From an uncultured Planctomycetia bacterium (lineage in GTDB: Bacteria > Omnitrophota > Gorgyraeia > Duberdicusellales > 4484-171): DNA of 64,000 bases. The position numbers and the translations under genes are program-made. The stretch is from assembly GCA_964629655.1 (NCBI GenBank), contig CAZVQU010000001.1, positions 548,056 to 612,055 of the forward strand. The letters run 5' to 3'. A model generated the notes under the pieces. The model saw only the letters and a program-made list of their open reading frames with translations, did no database searches and was not told where the DNA came from. Positions 30,557-39,764 of the stretch are shown piece after piece. The first letter of the stretch is position 1. The number at the start of each line of letters is the position of its first letter.

Positions 30557-31819
30557 ATGAAGTATAAGTTTCTATTAATTTTATCATTTTTCTTATTAGC
30601 TATACCAGTGTCAGCCATGATTAAAGTTAAAACTGGCATAGAAAAGCTTTACGAAAGAGCTTCGGAAGACCATAGAAATCAAAGGCTCATTAAGGCAATT
30701 AAGGAGGCTATCAAGGAAGAGCCCGATAATTACAAGCACTACTATGAGCTTGCTTATGTTTATGAATATATCGGAGATTACGATAAGCAGTTAGGATTAT
30801 TCAAACAGATAATAAAATATTACCCGAAAGGTTACCCCGATTTGGATATCCATTATGGCAATCTTGCAATGTCTTACATTCGTGCTGGAATGTTAGATAA
30901 AGCTAAGTTATTGTTAGATAAAGCACTGTTACTTAATCCTAAAAATTCCTACAATCATTGGCATTTGTTAACTTGTTATACGTTAAAGGGGCTTTACGAA
31001 GAAGCAGCTTTGGAAATGAAAATATTAAGTGATCTTAATCCAGGGGATGATTGTTATTATGATATTTATAGGTACATTTTAGATAAAGACGAAGATTTAG
31101 AAAAGATGGCGAACCTTTTTAGAAAGGCCGTGAAAGTTAACCCCAACAGTCATCTATCTCGTAGAATGCTGGCGATAGCTTTACGAAATAATCCAGATAG
31201 TTTTTTACAAAATCTTCCTATAGTGATGAAAGAATTTAAAAAAGCTTTAAAACTGAACCCTAAATATTTACCTACATATATCAGCATAGCAGATACATAT
31301 ATGTTGCACGCTGTGAAAGTGGGAAATAAAGCGTATTTCAAAAAAGCTCTAAAATGGTTTAATAAAGCCCAAAAAATAGATCCAAACAACATAAGATTAT
31401 TTTATGCAATGGGGAATTGTTATGTATATATGGGAGAGTACGACAAAGGAATAGAAAAACTTGAATATGTAATAAGCAGAGGCCTTAGAGATGTTGGCCC
31501 GGTAGAGGTATTAGCCAAAGCTTACAATAATAAAGCATATGACCTATACATAAAAGGTGAGGACTTAGAAGAAGGGTTAGAAATGATTAACAAGGCAATT
31601 AGGTTAGTGCCTGACAATGGAATTATTTTAGGTACAAAAGCAGAGATTTTATATAAAATGGAAAGGCACGAAGAGGCCTATGAATATATCCAGAGAGCTT
31701 TGGTGTTGGAACCTAACCATCTAGAAATGAAACAAGATTTAGAAAACATTGAAAATGCATTAAAAAGAGCTAAAATAGAGCCAAATAGTGGAAAAGGGGA
31801 CGGTTCTATTTTAAAATAA
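30557..31819 (+). CDS. secreted TPR-repeat protein
   Basis: 420 aa with signal peptide MKYKFLLILSFFLLAIPVSA and multiple TPR-like repeats. Confidence 0.65.
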   Translation: MKYKFLLILSFFLLAIPVSAMIKVKTGIEKLYERASEDHRNQRLIKAIKEAIKEEPDNYKHYYELAYVYEYIGDYDKQLGLFKQIIKYYPKGYPDLDIHYGNLAMSYIRAGMLDKAKLLLDKALLLNPKNSYNHWHLLTCYTLKGLYEEAALEMKILSDLNPGDDCYYDIYRYILDKDEDLEKMANLFRKAVKVNPNSHLSRRMLAIALRNNPDSFLQNLPIVMKEFKKALKLNPKYLPTYISIADTYMLHAVKVGNKAYFKKALKWFNKAQKIDPNNIRLFYAMGNCYVYMGEYDKGIEKLEYVISRGLRDVGPVEVLAKAYNNKAYDLYIKGEDLEEGLEMINKAIRLVPDNGIILGTKAEILYKMERHEEAYEYIQRALVLEPNHLEMKQDLENIENALKRAKIEPNSGKGDGSILK

Positions 31820-31828
31820 TTAAGTATT

Positions 31829-34081
31829 GTGTCCCCGGAATTCGCAAAAATTAAGGCAAGAGAAATTATGAACCGCAGAATGAAATGGGTAAAGACAAAG
31901 GTTGAAAACACAGCCATGAAAGCGATGAAAGTATTTGCTGGGGTTGTGTTTCTAATGAAAAGAATTGAGGCATGGGTTTCTAATGTCATTGTTTCTTTGC
32001 TTGGTATTGCAGTAGCTGCTTTTTTGTTTTTGCCAAAAAATCAGAACTTGCTTGGTCACATAGAAAGTCCCAATGCAATTTTCCTAGCTATAGGTGGGCT
32101 GATTGGAACGGTACTCGCGCTCGTTTTTTCTTTATCGATTATTCCTATCCAGAACGCTGCCGCTAACCTTACTCAATCTGTAATCAAGCTCTACAGCAGA
32201 GATAGATTATCAAAATACATTTTTTCTACACTTTCAATTTTTTGTTTATCATCATTCCTTATGGTTTTTGGCAACAGCATGGGGATAAGCAAGCCAATTT
32301 TGCTGACGGTTGATTTCCTATTCATAGCTTTTTCTTTTGATTTATTGCGGCTTTATCATCGGCACGTTATTAGCTTATTAGAGTCAGACAAAGGAATTAA
32401 TAAGTTGAGGGACAGTATTAAGAAAAAGATTTCTTGGTTTCAAGGAAAGATTTCTTTTTTGGCGAAAATAAGAAGTCTTTTTTTAACAAAAGAAGACAAG
32501 AAAAAATTACCGTTAAATCAACTTGAGTCATTTTTGTATATTAATTTATCTCACGTGGTTTATGGCTTTAGACTGTTAGTCAATGAGTTAGCCGAAATCG
32601 CCCTAAAGGCCGTCGCAAGAAGTGAGGTGTCCCGAGCGCAGCTGGCAATTTTCGCGATGTCTGACGTTGCTTGTCATTACGTAACTGTAAGAAAAAATAA
32701 CTTAAGAATTCAAGGTGAACCAGGTGTAGCTGGCATGCTCGGTGTAAAAGGAAGCGATATAGACGATCTCCTTAGCCCGATATACGAGCATTTCAAAGAT
32801 ATTAGTCGAAGCGCAGTATCTTCCAGGAATGAAACCACATCTTTACATTCAATAAGAGCGCTATCTCAACTCGCTATACATTTAACGACGTTAGAGAGCC
32901 CGGCCTACAGAAAACATTCTGTACCTTTGACCCATATGTCTATTGCATATATGGGAGTATGCATTGAAGCCGCACAGAGGCAGGGCTTGGATGATGTTCC
33001 GCATCAAGGCGCAGGTAATTTGCTAGAAATAACGAAGAATGCCCCAAAGAATGTTGACATTTGTGATATTTACTTACCTGTTTTAAATGAGTTAAATAAA
33101 ATAGCTTTAGCGTTTCTTGTATCCAACAAGGATACTCTTCTGAACAGTTGCATTGAAAAGATAATGACCGTATCTCACCATGCCGTTTATAATAAGCATT
33201 TCAGAGCAGCTGATGTAATCGGCGATATTACAAAGAAATTAGAAGTGCTGTTACCTATCGCTTTGTCTTATGAAAAAATCTATGGTTCAAAGTTTTTAGG
33301 CCAACCTTTAACTCCTGCATATGATCTTTCAAATCAAAGATCGTTAGGATATTTAATTGCAAGGGCAACAGAGATGATTAAAAAAGATGAAAAAAGAACC
33401 CATGTTAATCCATACGGAAACTTCATTGATATAAATGAAAAAATACAGGGGCATCTTTATGATATTGGAAAGAACAATGAATTTGGTGATTCGTTCATAT
33501 TATGGCATATTCTGCATACGATAAAGCACATAGCAAAGATTTTTATACAGCTGGTGGAAAAACCCGTAACACATGATCCAGCTTTTCTCGAGAAACTCAC
33601 AGAATGCTTTTCGCGGTATTGTAGTTTCTTTTGGTTGGCATTTGACGAAAAGAAAACAGTAAATTACACACAAGCACAAGAAGCATGTGATATATCTGGC
33701 TATATAGGCTTAAACTTCTTTAGACTTAAAAAACAAGATATTGTGAAGTTCTGTATAGATAATATAGCTACAATAGCCAGTTCTTATAAAAATATCAGCG
33801 AAAAAGAAGAGCGGTATAATGAGTTTAATATAGCAGATTTATTAATGCCTTTATGGCATCTATATTTGGCTGCCGAGCACGCTGGTGGTACTGAAACTAC
33901 TAAATTGATCAACGAAAAGCTTAAAGAATTCGATGTTTTCAAAAACAGCTCAAAAGAAGCGGAGGCTTTTGAAAATAGAAAAAGGCATTTGCAAAGAGAT
34001 TTTAGCGAAGGCCTACATTGGTCTCGAAATGATAAATCAATTGGAATATTAAGAGAATTGCTGGACAGAAAGCCTGTATAA
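31829..34081 (+). CDS. large polytopic membrane protein of unknown function
   Basis: 750 aa with about 5 N-terminal TM helices and a ~500-aa soluble domain with no motif I recognise. Confidence 0.5.
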   Translation: MSPEFAKIKAREIMNRRMKWVKTKVENTAMKAMKVFAGVVFLMKRIEAWVSNVIVSLLGIAVAAFLFLPKNQNLLGHIESPNAIFLAIGGLIGTVLALVFSLSIIPIQNAAANLTQSVIKLYSRDRLSKYIFSTLSIFCLSSFLMVFGNSMGISKPILLTVDFLFIAFSFDLLRLYHRHVISLLESDKGINKLRDSIKKKISWFQGKISFLAKIRSLFLTKEDKKKLPLNQLESFLYINLSHVVYGFRLLVNELAEIALKAVARSEVSRAQLAIFAMSDVACHYVTVRKNNLRIQGEPGVAGMLGVKGSDIDDLLSPIYEHFKDISRSAVSSRNETTSLHSIRALSQLAIHLTTLESPAYRKHSVPLTHMSIAYMGVCIEAAQRQGLDDVPHQGAGNLLEITKNAPKNVDICDIYLPVLNELNKIALAFLVSNKDTLLNSCIEKIMTVSHHAVYNKHFRAADVIGDITKKLEVLLPIALSYEKIYGSKFLGQPLTPAYDLSNQRSLGYLIARATEMIKKDEKRTHVNPYGNFIDINEKIQGHLYDIGKNNEFGDSFILWHILHTIKHIAKIFIQLVEKPVTHDPAFLEKLTECFSRYCSFFWLAFDEKKTVNYTQAQEACDISGYIGLNFFRLKKQDIVKFCIDNIATIASSYKNISEKEERYNEFNIADLLMPLWHLYLAAEHAGGTETTKLINEKLKEFDVFKNSSKEAEAFENRKRHLQRDFSEGLHWSRNDKSIGILRELLDRKPV

Positions 34082-34099
34082 ATTTTGGCGATACAATAC

Positions 34100-34590
34100 C
34101 TAATTATCCAACTGAACTTTCTTTAGTGTAAATTTCAAAAACGCACTTTCTTAACCTTATCTTATATACCCGCGACTTAGGAATCCAGATTTTCTTGCCG
34201 TTGCAGTAAACCAAAATAGCCTTTTCGGTTTCGTGGAGGAAGCGGATTTTTAGCCATATTTTTCCTCGCCAAGGGTATTTTGGGTAATAACTGTAGAAAA
34301 ACTAAAACATATCTTATCCTTCCTTATAATTACAGGCTTTTCGCGCTGTTGTTTTGTCAATATTTAGGCTTTTGGCTATGCTTTCATAAGACATGCCTAG
34401 TAGACGTAATTGTTTGACTTTTTGGGATATTATCTGGTATAATGCTCTTCGCTTGGCGGGTTCAATAACAACGGTAACCTTGATTTCTGATAAGGTTCGA
34501 ATTGGTTGCAGGCGCGCCCGCCATTTGTTTTATTATCCAGCTGTTTTTCGAAAAAGAATAACTTTACGTGCATCCTTGACTTTTTATCGA
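34100..34590 (-). pseudogene. decayed transposase/IS remnant (HTH fragment, no intact ORF)
   Basis: Minus-strand frames give ...LRLLGMSYESIAKSLNIDKTTARKACNYKEG* (a transposase-type HTH) and ...KIPLARKNMAKNPLPPRNRKGYFGLLQRQENLDS*. They are interrupted by stops and frame changes. The ~500 bp has no plus-strand coding. Confidence 0.3.
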
Positions 34591-34596
34591 AATATA
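34562..34596 (+). repeat. 35-bp element TTACGTGCATCCTTGACTTTTTATCGAAATAT (copy 1), immediately upstream of the BTLCP-like gene
   Basis: Identical copy at 35266-35297 upstream of the BY-kinase gene. It contains a TTGACT -35-like hexamer. Confidence 0.55.
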
Positions 34597-34599
34597 AAA

Positions 34600-35250
34600 A
34601 TGCCAAAGAGACCAAACAAGCCCCAGGTTAAAACAATCCTGGCAAGACACTACAGAATCTTGGGGAAATCTTTTCTTCCCATCCTAGCACTTATTTTTTT
34701 CCTGAATCCCATTCTTGTTTTGGCGAATTCAGAATTTACCGGCAACATTGTTATTAGGCAGCAGACAAAAACCGCTAGCGGTATTTCAGTTTGCGGACCG
34801 GTTACAGTAGACCTGGATATTTTAGATATTATTTGCCGGGCGAACATAAAGTCCCTTGAAGATTACGAACGCTGGCTGCAAAAAACAGTTAAATACAAAG
34901 GGGACGATGGTGCTGATGTATGGTCCTTGCCGGAGGAAACCCTTACCAAAAAGTATGGCGATTGTGAAGATCTTGCGTTTTTAAATAAAGCGTTTCTCCA
35001 TGTATTGGGTTATCAGCCGAAAGTAATGGCCCTGGTAAGATTTGGCGATAAAAAAGGACATGCCATCTGCGTCTTTGAAGAAAACGGTTATTACCTATGG
35101 TTTGATAATACCAGTCTTAATAAAATTTCAGCAGCATCTATTGAAGAATTTTCCGATTATGTCCTCATGAATGGTTTGTATACTATGCTTTTTGAAATTA
35201 ATGTTGGCGACGAGAAGCAAAATATTCTAAGCGCTGGCATTATAGAATAG
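34600..35250 (+). CDS. secreted transglutaminase-like cysteine peptidase (BTLCP-like)
   Basis: MPKRPNKPQ... with signal/TM, Cys motif YGDCEDLAF and downstream His GHAICVF. The long N-terminal extension of ORF 34393..35250 is discounted. Confidence 0.55.
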   Translation: MPKRPNKPQVKTILARHYRILGKSFLPILALIFFLNPILVLANSEFTGNIVIRQQTKTASGISVCGPVTVDLDILDIICRANIKSLEDYERWLQKTVKYKGDDGADVWSLPEETLTKKYGDCEDLAFLNKAFLHVLGYQPKVMALVRFGDKKGHAICVFEENGYYLWFDNTSLNKISAASIEEFSDYVLMNGLYTMLFEINVGDEKQNILSAGIIE

Positions 35251-35265
35251 AACAGAAAACAGCCT

Positions 35266-35297
35266 TACGTGCATCCTTGACTTTTTATCGAAATATG
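35266..35297 (+). repeat. second copy of the 35-bp TTACGTGCATCCTTGACTTTTTATCGAAATAT element
   Basis: Exact repeat of 34565-34596. Confidence 0.55.
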
Positions 35298-35319
35298 GTA
35301 TTAAAAGAAGGGGGGCAAA

Positions 35320-36258
35320 ATGATACCATCGCTAAAAGCCAGAAGGCTTACTACCAAAGAGCATCTCAACATAATCTTTTGCAGACACGCTATAACAATC
35401 ATAATCCTAACTATTAGTTTTGGGATTTTTGCTATTGTTGCCCAAAGGAATATTCCTTTAACGATTATGGCTGGGTTTGTCCTTAGTGTAGCCCTAAGCT
35501 ATTTTTTAGAGTCCCTAGACTCAACATTAAAGACCCCCGAAGATGTAGAGTGTTGTGCGCGGTTGCCTTACTTAGGATATATCCCTTCGATAGAAAAAGA
35601 ATTCAAGAACAGGAAGGATGCTGATTTAGTTTTTCACCATCGACACTATTCTTATGTAGCCGAAGCCTTCAGAAAGGCTAAGGAATCACTTCTTTCTGCT
35701 TGCTCGACAGGGAATCCGCTTAAGACTTTTGTGGTTAGTAGTTTTATACCTAAAGAGGGAAAGAGTTTTGTGGCTACAAATCTCGCTATAGCCTTTGCAG
35801 CTGCCGGAGAACCAACACTGTTGATTGATGGAGACATGCGAAAAGGAAGGCTCAATAAAATCTTTGATGTTGAGAATGTGAAAGGACTGTCTAATGCTCT
35901 GGCTGGAGCGTCTTCTTTCCAGGAAACAGTCACCCCGACAAAGATAAAGAACCTTTCGCTGCTACCTTTAGGCGCAGCGTCTCCTAACCCTATAGAGCTG
36001 TTAAAGGTAAATAAGATAAAAGCGATTCTGCAAGAAGCTGGAACAAAATTCAAAAAGATAATTATTGATGCCCCTCCGGTGCTAAGTGTTACTGACGCTC
36101 TTGTGTTTGGCAGTGAATGCGACGGGTTAGTTTTTGTGATTAAAGCCGGCGTGACTCCTTTCCAACACATTGTAGATGCCCAAAAAATGATTGGCGGCAG
36201 AGTAAAAATTCTAGGCGCACTATTAAATAGCGTAGATGTTAAAAAGAGCCGGCAGTAA
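35320..36258 (+). CDS. polysaccharide co-polymerase / BY-kinase family protein (CpsD/Wzc-like tyrosine kinase ATPase with N-terminal TM segments)
   Basis: Two TM helices followed by a ParA/MinD-like ATPase with Walker A FIPKEGKSFVATNLA, Walker A' LIDGDMRKG and Walker B IIIDAPP. Confidence 0.7.
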   Translation: MIPSLKARRLTTKEHLNIIFCRHAITIIILTISFGIFAIVAQRNIPLTIMAGFVLSVALSYFLESLDSTLKTPEDVECCARLPYLGYIPSIEKEFKNRKDADLVFHHRHYSYVAEAFRKAKESLLSACSTGNPLKTFVVSSFIPKEGKSFVATNLAIAFAAAGEPTLLIDGDMRKGRLNKIFDVENVKGLSNALAGASSFQETVTPTKIKNLSLLPLGAASPNPIELLKVNKIKAILQEAGTKFKKIIIDAPPVLSVTDALVFGSECDGLVFVIKAGVTPFQHIVDAQKMIGGRVKILGALLNSVDVKKSRQ

Positions 36259-36346
36259 CTCCTGATAACTGCTAAATTTCTATAACCAGTCACTTAAACT
36301 TTAGTATAGATTTTTCTTAGGACTTTGATATAATTTAGATACTTTT

Positions 36347-36420
36347 GGCGGCGTAGCTCAGGCTGGTAGAGCAAACGGCTCATACCCGTTGCGTCAGTGG
36401 TTCAAGTCCACTCGCCGCCA
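36347..36420 (+). tRNA. tRNA-Met (CAT) (could be the tRNA-Ile2 lysidine type)
   Basis: Acceptor GGCGGCG / CGCCGCC, anticodon stem-loop AACGG-CTCATAC-CCGTT, T-loop GGTTCAAGTCC. Confidence 0.8.
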
Positions 36421-36446
36421 TTTTTAATTTTAAAAAAAAGGGAAAA

Positions 36447-36734
36447 GTGATGAGTGAAAATATGGATTTAGATGCTATTAAAGAATCTATTGTGAAAAAA
36501 GTATATCATATTCATTCAGATACAAAAGTCCCTCTGCACAAACACGAGGAACAGGATGAAATATTTTATTGCATAAAAGGTTCTGGCTTTGGAGTTTTAA
36601 AAGATGGGGAAGTAGAGTTGAGTGTAGGAAAATCATTTATTGTTTCTGCGGGAACAATGCATTCACTCAGAAGCGAAGAAAATCTTTATGTAAGTGCTTT
36701 TCTTGTTTCTGTAGTGGATGACAGATTAAAATAA
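36447..36734 (+). CDS. cupin-domain protein
   Basis: 95 aa with HKHEEQDEIFYCIKG...GTMHS, a cupin_2 His pattern. Confidence 0.55.
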   Translation: MMSENMDLDAIKESIVKKVYHIHSDTKVPLHKHEEQDEIFYCIKGSGFGVLKDGEVELSVGKSFIVSAGTMHSLRSEENLYVSAFLVSVVDDRLK

Positions 36735-36794
36735 TTTAGGATATATACACCCGAGTAAATAGCTTAAAGAGCAGTTTAAATAAGGAGGTAGGTT

Positions 36795-37109
36795 ATGGTA
36801 GGAGAAGGTAGTGCCAAAAAAATTGAGGCAATTAGTGGGAGTTTATTTCTACTTTGGATAGGTATAGCGTGGTTAATGAGCCTCGGTCCAAACATAGGGT
36901 CAATTGGCATAGGGGTTATAATTTTAGGTGCTCAAGCCACTAAAAAATATTTTGGCTTAAAACTCGAAGGATTCTGGCTAGTTGTTGGAGCTTTTTTTGT
37001 AGTCAGTGGGCTAGGCATATTATCCGGAGTAAACATCCCCTTAATACCAATTATTCTTATTGTTTTGGGAGGAAAATTTCTCTATTCGGCGTTAAAGGAA
37101 AAGAAATAA
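36795..37109 (+). CDS. small membrane protein
   Basis: 104 aa with 3-4 hydrophobic helices. Confidence 0.45.
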   Translation: MVGEGSAKKIEAISGSLFLLWIGIAWLMSLGPNIGSIGIGVIILGAQATKKYFGLKLEGFWLVVGAFFVVSGLGILSGVNIPLIPIILIVLGGKFLYSALKEKK

Positions 37110-37183
37110 CATAACGATAAATTAAAAATTCTAAAAGGAGGTGAGAGGTTTCAAGGAAATACTAAAGTTAGTGGGTTCTTGTA

Positions 37184-37227
37184 GGCTCATACCCGTTGCG
37201 TCAGTGGTTCAAGTCCACTCGCCGCCA
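37184..37227 (+). repeat. 44-bp perfect direct repeat of the tRNA-Met 3' half (att-site-like duplication)
   Basis: GGCTCATACCCGTTGCGTCAGTGGTTCAAGTCCACTCGCCGCCA is identical to 36377-36420 and is followed by TTTTTTT. Confidence 0.75.
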
Positions 37228-37252
37228 TTTTTTTCGTCAAGAAAGGAGTATT

Positions 37253-37897
37253 ATGAGTGTTGTAATTGTATCGATTCTTGTATGCGCCCTGCCATTTGTA
37301 ATAATTTTTATAATAGCTAATTTCGTTAAAACAGCCCGGACCAAGAAGATAAAGACTTTTGCTGATGCAGAAAAGCTCTCTTTCATAAGCAAGAGGGATG
37401 ATTCCTACCTTTCTAAATTCCCAAGCTTTAGTATATTCTCCAAGGGTCGGAAAAAGACGGTGCGAAATATTCTAGGCGGTCAGAGAGATACTTTTAAAAT
37501 TTCAATATTTTACTATTCTTACCGCGAAAATTCCGGCGGAGAAGATGATCAGTCGTGTACATATACAGTAATATCTTTCGAGTCTGAGAAATTTTCAATA
37601 CCAGATTTTTCTCTTAGGCCCAAGAAGCTTATTGAATTCGGTAAATCCAAGGTTATTAAAATTAGCTCGAGCCAGACCTTTAGCAAACGATACGTACTCC
37701 TTGGTGATGACAAGGAGGCAGTAATGAATCTTTTTAACCCCGATATTCTTAGGCTTTTCGAAGAGGAAAAAGGATGGTATGCCGAGTCGGTCGATAATAA
37801 ATTACTCTTTTATAAAGGCAGATATCTCACTCCAAAGAAACTGCAACCTTTCCTAGACAAGTCCCAGCGTATAGCGGCGATGTTTGTCGGAGGGTAG
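37253..37897 (+). CDS. hypothetical membrane-anchored protein
   Basis: N-terminal TM (VVIVSILVCALPFVIIFIIANFV). Start trimmed to MSVV... Confidence 0.45.
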   Translation: MSVVIVSILVCALPFVIIFIIANFVKTARTKKIKTFADAEKLSFISKRDDSYLSKFPSFSIFSKGRKKTVRNILGGQRDTFKISIFYYSYRENSGGEDDQSCTYTVISFESEKFSIPDFSLRPKKLIEFGKSKVIKISSSQTFSKRYVLLGDDKEAVMNLFNPDILRLFEEEKGWYAESVDNKLLFYKGRYLTPKKLQPFLDKSQRIAAMFVGG

Positions 37898-37995
37898 GTT
37901 TTTAAGCGGCGTGCACACTCAAATTTACTTACTCAAGGGGTTATTTTGTAGTATACTGGGTTTTGTAACCGGTGAGTTTTTTATAAGGAGAGAAG

Positions 37996-38286
37996 ATGAA
38001 GTGTCCGAGTTGCGGTAGCGAGAAGGTGGTGAAGGGTAGAATTTTTAACCAGGCCGATTATGTTTCTCCTCAAGCCTTTTTCAGGCCCAAAGAGCTAAAG
38101 CCCTTTTCATTATTCGGGATAAATATTCGGGTAAAGAAAAATGATTTTGCTGCTTGCGGAGAATGTGGACTTGTCTGGTCGGTAGTTGATGTGGATGAAT
38201 TAACAAAAGTCGTTGCTAAGAGCGGCCGAAAGAATACTAAAGACATGCTCGGGATAAAAGAGAAACAAGAATCGGAGCATGATTGA
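37996..38286 (+). CDS. zinc-ribbon protein (CxxC...CxxC)
   Basis: MKCPSCGSEK...ACGECG. It overlaps the start of the downstream GGDEF gene by 8 nt. Confidence 0.5.
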   Translation: MKCPSCGSEKVVKGRIFNQADYVSPQAFFRPKELKPFSLFGINIRVKKNDFAACGECGLVWSVVDVDELTKVVAKSGRKNTKDMLGIKEKQESEHD

Positions 38287-39121
38287 GCAGGTTCAAAAAG
38301 ACCATCTTACCGGATTTTTTTTAAGAGAAGCCCTAGACTCTTTCCTCGATAAGCTTATATCCGAAGCTGATTCTAAAAACAAGAGTTTTTCAATAGCCCT
38401 CATTGATTTAGATAAATTTAAAAGATATAATGATAAATTCGGCCATCTCTTTGGAGACGAAGTCTTAAAGTATGCAGCCGGGATTTTTCGGTCGACCTTC
38501 TATGGAGACCCTCACCATTATTATCGTTATGGAGGCGATGAGTTCATAATAATATTTCCTGACACTCAAGCCCAAGAGGCCGGCTCTTTCCTGAGACAGT
38601 GTGTCTACAATACCTTCCGGCAACCGTTTGTGTTTAAAAGTAACTTTTACAAAATCACCATGAGCTTTGGTGTTGCTTCATACCCTTGTGATGGCAGAAC
38701 AAGAGAGGAGTTAATCAGGAAGGCTGACCAGGCAATGTATTATTCAAAACATGCCGGCACTAACCATGTTACTTTAGCTGATAACCTTTCTCATCTAAAG
38801 GCACGAAAGTGGGCCATAACGCTCAGCGTTGCGCTAATCCTTGCCTTGGTTGGGCTTATAACCTATAAGTTCGCCTTTAAGACAATTATCAAGCCTACGG
38901 TGCAAGGAGTTAAAAATATAAATATAGTTGCTAAGCCCGGGGATCTAGACCTAGTGGTTCTAAAAAACGGAAGCTTCTATGAAGGAAGAATTATTGAGGA
39001 AACAGATGACATAGTAACGATAAGTTTGTATATGGAAAAGGGCCAAGGCGTCATGGCTTTTAAAAAGGGAGAAGTATTAAAGACGGAACGTGGTAGGAGC
39101 GGTCTGCCCCGACCGGAATAA
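38279..39121 (+). CDS. diguanylate cyclase (GGDEF domain, intact RYGGDEF) with C-terminal TM and extracytoplasmic region
   Basis: DHLTGFFLR...LIDLDKFKRYND..GH..GD...RYGGDEFIII. A TM helix lies around aa 180-200. Confidence 0.8.
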   Translation: MIEQVQKDHLTGFFLREALDSFLDKLISEADSKNKSFSIALIDLDKFKRYNDKFGHLFGDEVLKYAAGIFRSTFYGDPHHYYRYGGDEFIIIFPDTQAQEAGSFLRQCVYNTFRQPFVFKSNFYKITMSFGVASYPCDGRTREELIRKADQAMYYSKHAGTNHVTLADNLSHLKARKWAITLSVALILALVGLITYKFAFKTIIKPTVQGVKNINIVAKPGDLDLVVLKNGSFYEGRIIEETDDIVTISLYMEKGQGVMAFKKGEVLKTERGRSGLPRPE

Positions 39122-39153
39122 AATAACCTTGAGATACAAAAGGGAGGAGCGAG

Positions 39154-39423
39154 ATGGATATAGAAGTAAGAAAGCCTAACCGAGAAGAGTTAGAGAGTTT
39201 AGGCGTTGAGACCTGGCCTATCTGGGAAAAGGGAGCTAGCAGTTTTGATTGGCACTATGATTCGAAGGAAGTCTGTTACTTTCTAGAAGGAGAGGTGGAG
39301 GTAGAGGAGCCAGGCGGCAAGAGAGTAAAGATTGAAAAAGGCGATTTGGCAACTTTTCCTCAGGGGCTAAGCTGTAAATGGCATATTAAAAGAAAAGTGA
39401 GAAAGCACTACAACTTTAGCTAG
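39154..39423 (+). CDS. cupin-like small protein
   Basis: 89 aa with a beta-barrel cupin_3/DUF861-like pattern. Confidence 0.4.
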   Translation: MDIEVRKPNREELESLGVETWPIWEKGASSFDWHYDSKEVCYFLEGEVEVEEPGGKRVKIEKGDLATFPQGLSCKWHIKRKVRKHYNFS

Positions 39424-39424
39424 G

Positions 39425-39613
39425 TTAAGCAGAAGTTGCTTTCTGTTTCTTGCCTTTCCTTAAGAAATGCTTTGCACGCTGGGTAAGCTTCTCGTAAGGG
39501 ATTTCTCCTTTTGAGTGTTGCTTTGCTTCTTTGCGAGCTTTTTTAGTCTTTTTCTTATGGATTTTTTTTAGTTCATGTTTCGGTCTTCCCATATAGCCTC
39601 CTAATTCAGACAT
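39425..39613 (-). CDS. small highly basic hypothetical protein
   Basis: Lys/Arg-rich 55-62 aa ORF, MGRPKHELKKIHKKKTKKARKEAKQHSKGEIPYEKL..., with a GGAGG-like SD upstream. Confidence 0.3.
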   Translation of the reverse strand: MSELGGYMGRPKHELKKIHKKKTKKARKEAKQHSKGEIPYEKLTQRAKHFLRKGKKQKATSA

Positions 39614-39764
39614 ATAACTTATGCTTAATATATCGGTAAGTTATGTCTTTATTAGATTATTTATAGAAAACACTTTTTGTCAAGTTATTTCTCCAAAACG
39701 CCTGCTGTCCCCGGATAAATATTTTGTTGCTTAAATCGACTTTTCTTCATATAATAGTAGCCTG

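Noticed and set aside
34393-34599. N-terminal 69 codons of ORF 34393..35250
   Set aside because: The upstream extension has no RBS and runs through the transposase-remnant region. A signal-peptide-containing start with the duplicated promoter element directly upstream exists at 34600.
35652-36293. 213-aa ORF on the minus strand
   Set aside because: Entirely antisense to the BY-kinase gene, which has clear Walker motifs. It has low-complexity composition and no start context. It is a spurious shadow ORF.
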